Shown: positions 18,265 to 29,397, counted from the first letter of the stretch. The stretch is 64,000 bases of DNA from an uncultured Methanosarcinales archaeon (GCA_964556395.1 CAZKVR010000005.1:1470-65469); one strand, 5' to 3'. Numbers and translations are program-made. The notes: generated by a model from the letters alone, not told the origin.

Positions 18265-18708
18265 TTATAATTCTTTTCCTGCCTCACGGCCTGAGCGGAG
18301 GATGACGGTCTCGCCCGACTCCTTGATACGGCTCGCAGAGATGTCCTCTTCAACCTTCTTCAGACCTCTCTTCCGCGCCACCCGTATGGCACTGAGCTTG
18401 TGCTCATCCACAACGACGTCCTCGACCGTGCCGTAATGGTTGCCATCGCTGTCGTACACCTCGAGCCCTTTCAGCAAATGATAAGGAGTAGTGGTAAGGA
18501 GGACTGCGTCGATGCCGAACCGTTTGACGTGCTCGACGCCCATGAACAGGTCCGGCTTGAAGAACCCCTGGTCGACCGTGATGCCCTGGATGTCCTTGGA
18601 ATCCTGATCTATGTGGAGCTTGACGATGACGCCGAGGATCTCGCCCTGCGGGCCCACGGCTTTCTTGCCGAGGATGTCGTCAGAGGTGATGGAGACCATG
18701 AAAGTCAC
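18265..18708 (-). CDS. PRC-barrel domain protein
   Basis: Two PRC-barrel-like repeats (ILGKKAVGPQGEILGVIVKLHID / YDSDGNHYGTVEDVVVDEHK). Confidence 0.55.
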   Translation of the reverse strand: MTFMVSITSDDILGKKAVGPQGEILGVIVKLHIDQDSKDIQGITVDQGFFKPDLFMGVEHVKRFGIDAVLLTTTPYHLLKGLEVYDSDGNHYGTVEDVVVDEHKLSAIRVARKRGLKKVEEDISASRIKESGETVILRSGREAGKEL

Positions 18709-19178
18709 TTCCCGTACGCCTTGGAGAGGATGATGTTCCGCTTGGAGACGGAGACGTCACCATAAGGTATCTTGCGCGGCTTTGCGAAGAGGTGTTTCTT
18801 GACGAGGAGGTTGTCGCAGTAGTTCGCGGTCGTGCTACGCTCGATATCCTTGACCTTACCGAGCTTGCGGCCATCGCTGTCGAACACGATCTTGCCCTTG
18901 AGCATGTTGACCGGGTCGATGGCGAGGATTATGGCGTCGACGATTTCCGGCTGGACGTAGTCCTTGTGGATGAACAGCGTCCCCCTCCCCTTGATGATGA
19001 GGCCTGCGATGCGGTCCTGCGAGTAGACGATGTCCTTGACGCGCCCGACGCGGTCGCCAGAGGTGGAGTAGACCTTCTTGCCGAGGTAGTCCTTGGCGGT
19101 CTTCGCCTTGTCCACCTGTTTGAATCCCGGGGAGATGATGAAGGGTTCTTTCTGCTTCATATAAAACCACCACGTCAC
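18705..19178 (-). CDS. PRC-barrel domain protein (paralog)
   Basis: YLGKKVYSTSGDRVGRVKDIVY and VFDSDGRKLGKVKDIER repeats; 4-nt overlap with downstream PRC gene; true start possibly MKQKEPF. Confidence 0.55.
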   Translation of the reverse strand: MTWWFYMKQKEPFIISPGFKQVDKAKTAKDYLGKKVYSTSGDRVGRVKDIVYSQDRIAGLIIKGRGTLFIHKDYVQPEIVDAIILAIDPVNMLKGKIVFDSDGRKLGKVKDIERSTTANYCDNLLVKKHLFAKPRKIPYGDVSVSKRNIILSKAYGK

Positions 19179-19798
19179 GCGAATATATAAAGGTATGCTA
19201 TGGCCATGACAAGGTACTTGACGGCCTGGCCGCCGAGGGAGTACACGTAGAACTTGGCCTTGTTGTACCGGAACACGCCGAGGATGGCGCTGAGGGGCTG
19301 GGCTGGGAAGAAGGGTATGAGGTTGATGACGAGGACGGCGACCGCTCCGTGCCTGTTGAGGACTCCTTTGAGCTTGTAGAACTTCTGAGGGCCGACGAGC
19401 TTCTTGGAGAACGCGTTGAGCTTGAGGCCTATGATGTAGTTGAGGGTGAAGGCGACTCCGAAGCCGAAGATGTACGTGACGAGCAAGAGAGGAGTGCTGA
19501 CGCCTTGGCTGAGGAACTTGATGTAGATGGCCTCCATAGGGAGGGTGACGAAGAACAGGCCTCCGAAGAGCGCGGTGTAGAGGACGCCGATGGGCGTGGC
19601 GGCGCTGATCTCACCCTGGACGTGGCTGATGAGGCCTATGAGGAAGTCGACGATGAGCAATTCCTGGTCCTGGAGGAAGAGGAAGTAGGCGGCGACGAGG
19701 AGGAGAATGAACACTATCACGGCGAGCGAGATGATGGCGAACCGCAGCTTGGCGGCGCGGCGGTACTCGAACACCCCTGTTTTTGAGAACTCCACCAT
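19175..19798 (-). CDS. DedA/TVP38/SNARE-associated family membrane protein
   Basis: LIPFFPAQPLSAILG motif and TM topology typical of DedA. Confidence 0.7.
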   Translation of the reverse strand: MVEFSKTGVFEYRRAAKLRFAIISLAVIVFILLLVAAYFLFLQDQELLIVDFLIGLISHVQGEISAATPIGVLYTALFGGLFFVTLPMEAIYIKFLSQGVSTPLLLVTYIFGFGVAFTLNYIIGLKLNAFSKKLVGPQKFYKLKGVLNRHGAVAVLVINLIPFFPAQPLSAILGVFRYNKAKFYVYSLGGQAVKYLVMAIAYLYIFA

Positions 19799-19879
19799 AG
19801 ACGGGCTGACGAGGAGGAGGTATTTAACCTTTTCTCACAGAAACCTATTTAAATCTCGTGCGTGTCGCCCTTGATTGGC

Positions 19880-19982
19880 GCGCAGGTAGCCAAGCGGCTA
19901 AGATGCGGCGACGAGCCGTCGCGGCATAGCAAGCGACCGCCTGCAGAGCGGTTATTCGGGGGTTCGAATCCCTCCCTGCGCT
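19880..19982 (+). tRNA. tRNA-Cys(GCA)-like gene with ~30-nt unresolved insertion in the D-arm region
   Basis: Perfect acceptor GCGCAGG/CCTGCGC, anticodon arm ACCGC-CTGCAGA-GCGGT (canonical Cys loop), T-arm GGGGG TTCGAAT CCCTC; 19889-19935 (47 nt, containing hairpin GCGACG-AGC-CGTCGC) cannot be folded as a standard 16-nt D-arm: non-canonical intron(s) suspected. Confidence 0.5.
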
Positions 19983-20013
19983 CATCTTCTTCTCCGATAG
20001 AGTTAAAAAGGCC

Positions 20014-21345
20014 TTGGCCGGCGGCGCTGTCGTGATAAAGACCATGCCAGCAGTGTCAGACCATTTCAAAAAAAGGCAACCCTCAGGTATCAGGGTGGCC
20101 CAGATAGAGTTCGGAAAACGCCAGGACGACGTCGAGGCGGTCAACCTCGCCATCGGCAACGTGTCGTTGCCCATGCACCCCGCCATGCAGGAACGCATGC
20201 GCAACTTGGAGCAACACCCAGAGTTCCAGGAGGGCGTCGTGCGGTACACGAAGACGCAGGGTTTCGACGAGACGAACGAGGCTTTCATGAACATCATCGC
20301 GTCGAGCGGGTTCTCCACCGAGGGCTTGCACTCGCAGGTGACGACGGGCGGCTCGCAGGCGATGATGCTCGCCACCCTCGGCGTCACCGGCCCGGCCGGC
20401 ACTAGCGAGAAGCCACTCCTGTTGATAGACGCGGCGTATACGAACTACAACTCGATGGCGAAGCGCCTCGGCCGCAAGACGGTGTCGATCAGGCGGGACC
20501 TGGAGGACCACGGCGTGTTCACCTTGCCCGAGCTGGAGAGCATCGAGGAGACCATAAAGACGCACCGTCCGGGGGCCATGGTGGTCATCCCGTACGACAA
20601 CCCGACCGGTCACTTCTACGACCACGAGACCCTCAAAAAGTTAGGAGAACTGGCGGTGAAGTACGACATGTGGATCGTCAGCGACGAGGCGTACCGCGAA
20701 CTCCATTACACCGACCACGACACGGTGAGCTTGTGGGGTCTCACCGAGGACGAGGTGCCCGGCATCACAGGCCACAGGATCAGCATCGAGACCGCTTCCA
20801 AGGTGTGGAACGCCTGCGGCCTCCGCATCGGAGCGTTGGTGACCGACAATGAGGAGTTCCACCGGAAGGCGGTGGCAGAGAACACGGCGGAGCTGTGCAG
20901 CCCTGCCATCGACCAGTACGTCTTCGGAGCCCTCGCCCACGTCGGCCACGACGAGCTTCAGGAGTGGTACGAACAGCAGCGGAAGTATTACGGCGGCATG
21001 CTCTTCTCGTTCACCAAGCGTTTGAAGGAGGAGTTGCCGGACGTGATCGTCTCCAGCCCTGACGCGTCGCTGTACTCGGTCGTGGACGTGAAGAACGTCG
21101 CCAAGCCGGGCTTCGACGCGATGGACTTCGTCATGTTCTGCGCCAAGGAAGGCAAGGCCGAGGTCGGAGGCGTGGAGAAGACGCTCCTCGTCGCGCCCAT
21201 GGAGGGGTTCTACAACGTGGCTCCTGGTGAGGACAACCCCGGGAAGACGCAGATGCGCGTCGCCTACGTGGAGAAGCCCGAGGTGATGGAGCGGGTGCCC
21301 GAACTATTCGCAGACCTGTTCCGCCAGTACGAGGCGAGTCGTTGA
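20014..21345 (+). CDS. PLP-dependent aminotransferase (class I/II)
   Basis: 443 aa; aminotransferase I/II fold spacing (SDEAYREL, catalytic Lys region SKVWNACGLRIGALV). Confidence 0.7.
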   Translation: MAGGAVVIKTMPAVSDHFKKRQPSGIRVAQIEFGKRQDDVEAVNLAIGNVSLPMHPAMQERMRNLEQHPEFQEGVVRYTKTQGFDETNEAFMNIIASSGFSTEGLHSQVTTGGSQAMMLATLGVTGPAGTSEKPLLLIDAAYTNYNSMAKRLGRKTVSIRRDLEDHGVFTLPELESIEETIKTHRPGAMVVIPYDNPTGHFYDHETLKKLGELAVKYDMWIVSDEAYRELHYTDHDTVSLWGLTEDEVPGITGHRISIETASKVWNACGLRIGALVTDNEEFHRKAVAENTAELCSPAIDQYVFGALAHVGHDELQEWYEQQRKYYGGMLFSFTKRLKEELPDVIVSSPDASLYSVVDVKNVAKPGFDAMDFVMFCAKEGKAEVGGVEKTLLVAPMEGFYNVAPGEDNPGKTQMRVAYVEKPEVMERVPELFADLFRQYEASR

Positions 21346-21384
21346 GACAAACCTTTTTATTCTCTCCTTCCTTCTCTCTTCTTC

Positions 21385-22176
21385 ATGACTCAAGGTAAAG
21401 TGCTCATCAGGCTCCCGAGGAAGACGTTCGTCGAGGACCTGGGGCGCGAGGTGTCGCTCGGCTCGTTCGAGAAGCATGTCATCCGCAACCCCAGCCGTTC
21501 GTTCAGCGACAAGAAGAACACGTTCAGGCCTGAGAAGTTGCAGGAGGAGCCTCACCGGTTCGTGAGGCGCAAGGACGACTACATCTTGATGGACGCCGAC
21601 TTCCTGGACGAGTACAAACAGCTCCGCCGGTTGGCGCAGATCATCACGCTCAAAGACCTCGGCCGCATCGTCACGCTGCTCGGGGTCACCGATGATTCTG
21701 TGGTGGTCGAGGCAGGGAGCGGCAGCGGTGCGGCGACGTGCTACTTGTCGCGCCTGGCGAAAAGAGTCCATTCGTACGAGGTGTCCGACGACCACCTCGC
21801 CGTAGCCAGGGATAACGTGAAGGCTTTGGGCCGGGACAACGTGGAGTTCCACAAGCAGGATGTCTATGAGGATGCGGAGGCGCATGGGGCTGACGCGTTC
21901 CTCCTCGACGTCCCTGACCCGGCGAAGGCTTTGCCGCAGGTGTCGAAGGCGCTTCGCGTGGGCGGGCGGTGCGTCATCTACACTCCGAACCTGACCCAGG
22001 CGCAGCAAGCGATAACCTCGTTGCCTGAAGATTTCTTGTACGAGGGGACTTCTGAGTTGACGGAGCGGCAATGGGAGGTGCACGACAGGGTGTTGCGGCC
22101 TCGCATGCAGGGGCTCGGCCACACGGCTTTCCTGACGCTCATCAGGAAGTTGCCTGAGAAAGGAGGTGAGCAGTGA
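21385..22176 (+). CDS. trmI: tRNA (adenine57/58-N1)-methyltransferase TrmI (Gcd14 family)
   Basis: VVEAGSGSGAATCYLSRL SAM motif, GCD14 architecture. Confidence 0.8.
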   Translation: MTQGKVLIRLPRKTFVEDLGREVSLGSFEKHVIRNPSRSFSDKKNTFRPEKLQEEPHRFVRRKDDYILMDADFLDEYKQLRRLAQIITLKDLGRIVTLLGVTDDSVVVEAGSGSGAATCYLSRLAKRVHSYEVSDDHLAVARDNVKALGRDNVEFHKQDVYEDAEAHGADAFLLDVPDPAKALPQVSKALRVGGRCVIYTPNLTQAQQAITSLPEDFLYEGTSELTERQWEVHDRVLRPRMQGLGHTAFLTLIRKLPEKGGEQ

Positions 22177-22403
22177 TGGAAGCGTACGTGATGATAGGTT
22201 TGCGTGGAGAGTCGGAGCAGGCGGTCCTTGAGGAGTTGATGTCTCATGTCGAGGTCGTCGAGGGTCACGTGTTGTTCGGAGAGTGGGACCTCATCATCAA
22301 GCTGGACGTCGAGTCAGCCGAGGCTGCGGGGACGTTCGTGATGGAGCACGTCCGGAAGATGGACGAGGTCAAGCTGACCTCGACGCTCATCGTGGCGAAG
22401 TGA
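22173..22403 (+). CDS. stand-alone Lrp/AsnC C-terminal ligand-binding (RAM) domain protein
   Basis: 76 aa; MMEAYVMIGLRGESEQAVLEEL...GEWDLIIKLDVES typical AsnC_trans_reg domain; ATGA overlap with trmI. Confidence 0.7.
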   Translation: MMEAYVMIGLRGESEQAVLEELMSHVEVVEGHVLFGEWDLIIKLDVESAEAAGTFVMEHVRKMDEVKLTSTLIVAK

Positions 22404-23004
22404 GGTTCTTGAGGGCTTGTCCGAGGCCTAAGATGAAGGTTGCAGCTAGCGCTAGCTTCACGCAGACGTAGGCCGCGGCGTGTATGAAGAAGCTGCCGCC
22501 CCATAGCCGCATCATGAGCGTGGCTGGGTGGAAGGTGTAGTTGCCTTGGAAGAACAGCTCGTGGAATCCTGTGAAGAACCATTTCCAGTCGATCGCCAGC
22601 GATGCGAGTATGATGAGTGCTGCGAGGGTGGTGATGCTTGTTCTTCTCATCGTCGTCTGGAACAATGATATCCTTTTCCGTGACATTGCCATGCTGAAGA
22701 GGAGGATCGCCGCTATTCCGGTCAAGATACGCACCAGTGTCGCTCCGAACACGTACAGCTCTTTGACGTCTCTGAGGTGTCGTGCCTGGTCGTCGTGGAA
22801 CACTTTGAGCTCTGCTTCCCCTGCGAGGTATGCTTGGTAGTTCTCGGTGAGCCGCCAGGCGCCGTCCCGTCCTAGCTGTTCGTAGGCGCCGTTGCGCTCG
22901 TACGCGTAGTCGTGGAAGGTGTCGTCGTGGAACGTGCCTAGGACTGCCAATGATATGATGAGCAGGGTGAGGACGGATGCGGTGGTCCATGTGAGGGCTC
23001 GCAT
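22387..23004 (-). CDS. hypothetical integral membrane protein
   Basis: 205 aa, N-terminal TM, aromatic-rich ectodomain, 2-3 C-terminal TMs; family not recognised (possibly DUF1461-like). Confidence 0.3.
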   Translation of the reverse strand: MRALTWTTASVLTLLIISLAVLGTFHDDTFHDYAYERNGAYEQLGRDGAWRLTENYQAYLAGEAELKVFHDDQARHLRDVKELYVFGATLVRILTGIAAILLFSMAMSRKRISLFQTTMRRTSITTLAALIILASLAIDWKWFFTGFHELFFQGNYTFHPATLMMRLWGGSFFIHAAAYVCVKLALAATFILGLGQALKNLTSPR

Positions 23005-23020
23005 GATGAATGAGAAATAA

Positions 23021-24778
23021 TCAGGTGTAATAAAGCTTTCCGCTCTTTTTCTGCTCCTGGTCTTTCTGGCTGTCGGGCTTGTTCACCCGCGGACGGCCTG
23101 ACTCCTCGTCTCGCCTGAACGTGATCTGGACGTCCTTGAGGAACGAGTTCATCCCTTCTTCCATGGCGTAGGGGCCTTCGGCCTTGCCGCGGATGGCGGG
23201 TTCGCCGTCGAACACCATGAGTCCTGAGGAGAGGTAGTCTAGGAAGAGGAGGTCGTGGTCGACTATCAGGGCTGACTTACCACGTGACACCATCATGTCC
23301 TCCACCACCTTGCTGATGGTGAGTCGTTGCTCGACGTCGAGGTAGGCTGAGGGTTCGTCCATGAGGTAGAGGTCTGCGTCCCGTGCGAGGCAGGCGGCGA
23401 TGGAGACCCGTTGCAGCTCGCCGCCGGAGAGTTGGCTGAGCGTCTTCTCGTACAAGGGCTTGAGCTCGAGCGGTTTGACGAGTTGGTTCTCGTATTTCAT
23501 CGCGCCGGCTTCCTGGAGGTAGGTGATGACGAGGTCTTCTGACTTGCCGAGGTATTGCGGCTTGTAGCTTATTTCTAAGTTGTCAAGGGCGACGCCGGCG
23601 TCGATCTGGCCTGCGAGGACTTTGACGAGGCTTGTCTTCCCGATGCCGTTCTCGCCGAGGATTCCGATGACGTCGTGCTTGCGGATGGTACCCTCGGAGC
23701 TTTCGAGCGTGAACGCCCCTAGTTGGTGGGTGAATCCTTGCCAGCTGGTGAGGATTTCTCGTCCTTTGGCTTCGCCGGGCGGGTTCCGTTCGAAGCGTAT
23801 GGGTTTCTCCCGGAACCGGACGTTGGACTGGGGCAGGTATCCTTGGAGGTAGATGTTGATGCCGGCCTTGGTGCTGTAGGGCTGGCTGACGACGCCGAAC
23901 GCGCCTGGCGTTCCGTACATGAGGTGTACGAGGTCTGTCATGGCGTCCATGATGATGAGGTCGTGCTCGATGACCATCACCGCGGTGCCTTCGTCGGCGA
24001 GGTTCCGTATGAACGCGGCGGTCTTGAGGCGTTGTTTTATGTCGAGGTAGCTGGTCGGCTCGTCGAACAGGTAGAGGTTGGCTTTCTTCACCACGGTGGC
24101 GGCTATCGCGACGCGTTGGAGCTCTCCGCCGGAGAGGTGTTCGACGTCGCGGTCGAGGAGTTTTTCCAGGTCTAGTGCTTGTGAGATCTCTTCGAGCTTT
24201 CCGCGCTCGTCGACCTTTTCCAGGAGTTGTCTCGTGGTGCCTTGGAACTGTTTGGGAATCATGTCGACCTGTTGCGGCTTGTACGCGACGGTGATGTCGC
24301 CGGCGTCGAGTTTCTCGAAGAACTGCTGCGCTTCCGAGCCGCGGTAGCGCTTGCTGAGCTCGTCGTAAGTCGCTTCTTTCTCTTGTTGTCCGAGGTTTGG
24401 CTTGAGGAGTCCTGCGATGACCTGCAATGCGGTCGTCTTTCCGATGCCGTTGCGACCGACGATGCCGACGACCTTTCCGAAGATCGGTATGGGTAGTTGG
24501 AAGAGTGCGAAGCCGTTCTTGCCGTAGCGGTGGATGGGGTCCTCGTCGAGCTCTGCCGGGAGGTTGACCATCTGGAGTGCTCCGAAGGGGCACTTGTTCG
24601 CGGCGATGCGGTCGACGTCGCTGATGACGTTCTCATTCACCTCGACCTTGCCGTCGTCGGACTTGACGATGGCGTCCTTGCCGGCGCGGTTGCTGGGCGA
24701 CACCCTGATGCAGAGGTAGCCGCCGCACCCTTGAGGGTTGCACTTCTCCTTGTGGACGATCATGATGCGCTTGGGCAT
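23021..24778 (-). CDS. abce1: ribosome recycling ATPase ABCE1 (RNase L inhibitor homolog)
   Basis: N-terminal 4Fe-4S Cys cluster (CNPQGCGGYLC, CPFGAL), two ABC cassettes with Walker A/B and LSGGELQRV signatures. Confidence 0.9.
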   Translation of the reverse strand: MPKRIMIVHKEKCNPQGCGGYLCIRVSPSNRAGKDAIVKSDDGKVEVNENVISDVDRIAANKCPFGALQMVNLPAELDEDPIHRYGKNGFALFQLPIPIFGKVVGIVGRNGIGKTTALQVIAGLLKPNLGQQEKEATYDELSKRYRGSEAQQFFEKLDAGDITVAYKPQQVDMIPKQFQGTTRQLLEKVDERGKLEEISQALDLEKLLDRDVEHLSGGELQRVAIAATVVKKANLYLFDEPTSYLDIKQRLKTAAFIRNLADEGTAVMVIEHDLIIMDAMTDLVHLMYGTPGAFGVVSQPYSTKAGINIYLQGYLPQSNVRFREKPIRFERNPPGEAKGREILTSWQGFTHQLGAFTLESSEGTIRKHDVIGILGENGIGKTSLVKVLAGQIDAGVALDNLEISYKPQYLGKSEDLVITYLQEAGAMKYENQLVKPLELKPLYEKTLSQLSGGELQRVSIAACLARDADLYLMDEPSAYLDVEQRLTISKVVEDMMVSRGKSALIVDHDLLFLDYLSSGLMVFDGEPAIRGKAEGPYAMEEGMNSFLKDVQITFRRDEESGRPRVNKPDSQKDQEQKKSGKLYYT

Positions 24779-24836
24779 GATGTTTCCGGAAGGAGCGGAT
24801 GGTTTATAAATATTTGTCAGTCAGGCTTAAATAAGG

Positions 24837-25295
24837 GTGTTTCGTGTCTTTGTCTGTATGCGCCTTCCGATCCAGGTGATGGGTATCGTCTTCCGCCGTT
24901 CTGAGAAAGGCTTTGAGTTCTTGCTGTTGAAACGCACTCCCAAAAAGGGCGGTTTCTGGCAGCCCGTCTCCGGCGGGTTGGAGGAGGGCGAGACGTTGCG
25001 GCAGGCCTTGCTCCGGGAGTTGGTCGAGGAGTGCGGCCTCAAGGAGCCTCTCAATATCATTGAGAACATCCATCGCTTCCTCTTCACGGAGCGGGATTCG
25101 TTGTGGCCCGGCACGGTTCACATGACCGAGTTCGTCTATGGCGTCGAGGTCCCCGAGGATTTCGAGCCTGACATCTCGTCCAACCATTGCGTCGAGCACG
25201 AGGAGTGGCGGTGGTGCTCCCACGAGGAGGCGTTGGAGTTGCTGTACTGGGATAACAACAAGGTCGCGTTCGAGAGGCTTCTCGAGCGGCTCTAG
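24837..25295 (+). CDS. Nudix hydrolase
   Basis: Nudix box GGLEEGETLRQALLRELVEECGL. Confidence 0.8.
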   Translation: MFRVFVCMRLPIQVMGIVFRRSEKGFEFLLLKRTPKKGGFWQPVSGGLEEGETLRQALLRELVEECGLKEPLNIIENIHRFLFTERDSLWPGTVHMTEFVYGVEVPEDFEPDISSNHCVEHEEWRWCSHEEALELLYWDNNKVAFERLLERL

Positions 25296-25744
25296 GCGAG
25301 GCTTTTCAGCATGTCGAGGACTGCGGCGGCGTGGCCGCCCGCCTGTACCTGCGGCCAGTGGTGGACGATCGTCCCTTCAGGGTCTATGAGGATGGTGCTG
25401 CGCACCATCTTCCCGTCACTCGCCGCCTCGTACTGCTGCGCGACCTCCTTGTTGGGGTCTGACAGGAGCGTGACGTTGAGGTCGTGCTTGTCCATGAAAT
25501 GCTGGTGGCTCTCGCACGAGTCGGGGCTCACCCCTAACACGGTGGCGTTCATCGCTTTGAACTCTTCGGCGAGGCTTGTGAACTCGCTGGCTTCGGTGGT
25601 GCAGCCTGGCGTGTCGTCGGCAGGGTAGAAGTAGAGTATCACCCACCGCCCCCGGTAGTCTTTCAGGCATTGTTGTTCGTGGTTGGCGTCTTGGAGGCAG
25701 AACTCCGGCGCTTGCGTCCCTTTGTCTAGTGTCATGTCGCTCAC
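25292..25744 (-). CDS. bcp: peroxiredoxin Bcp (AhpC/TSA family thiol peroxidase)
   Basis: VILYFYPADDTPGCTTEA peroxidatic Cys motif. Confidence 0.85.
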   Translation of the reverse strand: MSDMTLDKGTQAPEFCLQDANHEQQCLKDYRGRWVILYFYPADDTPGCTTEASEFTSLAEEFKAMNATVLGVSPDSCESHQHFMDKHDLNVTLLSDPNKEVAQQYEAASDGKMVRSTILIDPEGTIVHHWPQVQAGGHAAAVLDMLKSLA

Positions 25745-25864
25745 CCGGGAAGAGGGTAAGTGAAAACTATTTATATCTATTTTCCATCATATAAAAGGAA
25801 CAGAACTTTTATAAATGAAGCGGTGTTGAAGCCCTCTAATCCAGAAAAACAAGAGAGATAAACA

Positions 25865-26851
25865 ATGGCAACATTCTCGCAACGAGTGCAGAAAGAGGCG
25901 AAGAGGCTCAAGCGCATCATAGTCTTCCCCGAACCCACCGACCCGCGCATCCTGGAAGCGGCGTCGAAGCTGCAGAAGAAAGGAGTCGTCATCCCAATCC
26001 TCGTCGGACACGCTCAGGACGTGGCGGACGCGGCGAGGAAGCACAACATCCGGCTACGAGGACTACAACTCCTCGACCCGGCGGAGAGCACGCTCAAGGA
26101 ACCGCTCGCGAAAGAGCTGTACAAGCGTCGGCGCCGGAAAGGAGTCACCCTCACGAAAGCCCGGGAGAAGGTCCTCGACCCATACATGTTCGGAAGCCTC
26201 CTCGTCCGGAAAGGCGTGGCGCACGGCATGGTCGCCGGCGCGACGAGGCCGACGAAGGAGACCATCAAGGCGGCGCTCCACGGCGTCGGACTCCGCAAGG
26301 GTGTCAAGACGGCTTCGAGCTGCTTCTTCATGGAATTCCCCAAGGAGACCTTGGTGTTCGCCGACTGCGGGTTCAACATCGACCCTGACGCCAAACAACT
26401 AGCAGCGATAGCCACCGAGACTGCGCGGACCGCAACACAGTTCGGCATCAAGCCCAAGGTGGCGATGCTCTCGTTCAGCACGAAAGGGAGCGCGGAGCAC
26501 GACAGGAGCAAGAAGGTGTCGAAGGCCACCAGGCTGGCGCAGCGCAAGAGACCGGACCTCGCCATCGACGGAGAGCTCCAGTTCGACGCCGCCTACACCC
26601 CCGAAATCCAAAAGCAGAAGGCGCCGGACAGCCCGTTGAAAGGACCCGCAACGGTCTTCGTCTTCCCGGACCTGGACAGCGGCAACAACGCGTACAAGAT
26701 CGCCGAACGATTGGGCGGAGCGAAGGCTTACGGCCCGGTCATGCAAGGGTTGGCCAAGCCTGTCAACGACCTGTCGCGCGGCTGCAGCGCCGAGGACGTG
26801 ATGACCGTCGCCGCCATCACCGCACTGCAGGCCGAAAGCAAAGATTTATAA
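25865..26851 (+). CDS. pta: phosphate acetyltransferase (phosphotransacetylase)
   Basis: PTA_PTB fold over 328 aa; directly upstream of ackA. Confidence 0.8.
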   Translation: MATFSQRVQKEAKRLKRIIVFPEPTDPRILEAASKLQKKGVVIPILVGHAQDVADAARKHNIRLRGLQLLDPAESTLKEPLAKELYKRRRRKGVTLTKAREKVLDPYMFGSLLVRKGVAHGMVAGATRPTKETIKAALHGVGLRKGVKTASSCFFMEFPKETLVFADCGFNIDPDAKQLAAIATETARTATQFGIKPKVAMLSFSTKGSAEHDRSKKVSKATRLAQRKRPDLAIDGELQFDAAYTPEIQKQKAPDSPLKGPATVFVFPDLDSGNNAYKIAERLGGAKAYGPVMQGLAKPVNDLSRGCSAEDVMTVAAITALQAESKDL

Positions 26852-26883
26852 GAATCGAATCCATCCTTTTTAAACAGAGGTGA

Positions 26884-28074
26884 GTGAAGACGAGCGACAG
26901 CTTCTACCTGGTCCTGAACGCCGGTTCCTCCTCATTGAAGTACGCGCTCTTCACGAAAGAACTAGAAAGAGCGTTCAAGGGCCACATCGACGGCATAGGC
27001 CTCGAACGATGCATCCACAAGTGCGCGAAGGAAAGCGGCGAAAAGCTCGAGGAAGAGTTCAAGGCTGACGACCACGTCCACGCAGTGCTGAAAGCGATGC
27101 ACTCGCTCAAGGAGCACGGCGTCATCGAGGAATTCTCGGAGATCGACAAGGTCGGCCACCGAGTAGTCCACGGCGCCGAAAGGTTCGTCGAACCCACAGC
27201 CATCAACGACCAGGTCGTGGAGAAGCTGAAATCGTTGTCGGTCCTGGCACCACTCCACAACCCGCCCGCCATCGCAGGCATCCTCGCCGTCAAGAAGCTG
27301 CTCCCGGATACGGAGCAGGTGGCGGTGTTCGACACGTCGTTCCACCACACCATCCCGAAGGAGGCGTTCCTCTACGGCATCCCATACGAGTTGTACGAGC
27401 AGCACGGCATCCGCAAGTACGGCTTCCACGGCATCAGCCACGAGTACGTCTCGCGACAAGCCATCGAGGCGCTGGGCAACCGCTTCAAGGACAAGAGCGA
27501 AGTGGTCACGTGCCACCTCGGCAACGGCTCCTCCATCACCGCCGTGAAGGACGGGCGGTCCATCGACACGAGCATGGGGTTCACGCCCCTCGACGGACTC
27601 ATCATGGGCACCCGGTCCGGAGAGCTCGACCCCGAAATCATACTACACCTCATGCGGCAGGAAGGCTACAGCGCAGACCAGGTGGCGGAGCTCCTGCACA
27701 AGAAGTCAGGCCTGAAGGGGTTGACGGGCGACAGCGACGTCCGAGAGCTCTGGAGCCGCGCACAGGACAAGGACGAGCGGGCCAACCTGGCGTTGGACAT
27801 GATCTCCTACCGCATCGCCAAGTACATCGGCTCCTACGCCGCGGCGCTCCACGGCGTCGACGCGGTCGTGTTCACCGGCGGCATCGGCGAGAACGCGTAT
27901 TACATCAGGCGTCGGGCGTGCGCCTACCTCGAGCACCTCGGCGTCGAGCTCGACACCCATGCGAACCGTAAGAACGAGACGTTCATCCAGAGCGACAAGA
28001 GCCGTGTGAAGGTGCTCGTCCTCGAGACGGATGAGGAGCGCGCCATCGCGGAGAAGCTCTCGGAAGCGGCGTAA
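26884..28074 (+). CDS. ackA: acetate kinase
   Basis: MKTSDSFYLVLNAGSSSLKYALF N-terminal signature and ASKHA fold motifs. Confidence 0.9.
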   Translation: MKTSDSFYLVLNAGSSSLKYALFTKELERAFKGHIDGIGLERCIHKCAKESGEKLEEEFKADDHVHAVLKAMHSLKEHGVIEEFSEIDKVGHRVVHGAERFVEPTAINDQVVEKLKSLSVLAPLHNPPAIAGILAVKKLLPDTEQVAVFDTSFHHTIPKEAFLYGIPYELYEQHGIRKYGFHGISHEYVSRQAIEALGNRFKDKSEVVTCHLGNGSSITAVKDGRSIDTSMGFTPLDGLIMGTRSGELDPEIILHLMRQEGYSADQVAELLHKKSGLKGLTGDSDVRELWSRAQDKDERANLALDMISYRIAKYIGSYAAALHGVDAVVFTGGIGENAYYIRRRACAYLEHLGVELDTHANRKNETFIQSDKSRVKVLVLETDEERAIAEKLSEAA

Positions 28075-28119
28075 GCCTTAAATACGTCCTCCGCCACGGC
28101 CCTTGATGGGTGGTGTCGT

Positions 28120-28323
28120 GTGAAGAGCAAGGAATTGGAGGAGTTCGAGAAGGAGCTGAAGGGGATGTCCGCGCGCGAGCTGCGCGAGCTCGTCATGGTG
28201 AACGCGTACAAGCTGGCCTTGACGCGGAACCAGCTCGATGCCGTGGTGGACATCCTGATAAGGCACAAGCTGGCGACGTACGAGGAAGTGTGGAAGCGCA
28301 CCAACGAGCGTTTCCAATCATGA
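28120..28323 (+). CDS. hypothetical small helical protein (GTG start)
   Basis: 67 aa, charged helical composition; between ackA and gap; coding status uncertain. Confidence 0.2.
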   Translation: MKSKELEEFEKELKGMSARELRELVMVNAYKLALTRNQLDAVVDILIRHKLATYEEVWKRTNERFQS

Positions 28324-28360
28324 TACCTGCAGAGAGACAAAAAGAAGAGGTGTTATTTGA

Positions 28361-29362
<1,002 letters not shown>

Positions 29363-29397
29363 TACTTTTTTATACCCTTCTTTCTTCCCTTCCCTCT

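Noticed and set aside
26399-27516. Minus-strand ORFs antisense to pta/ackA
   Set aside because: Shadow ORFs opposite strongly supported metabolic genes
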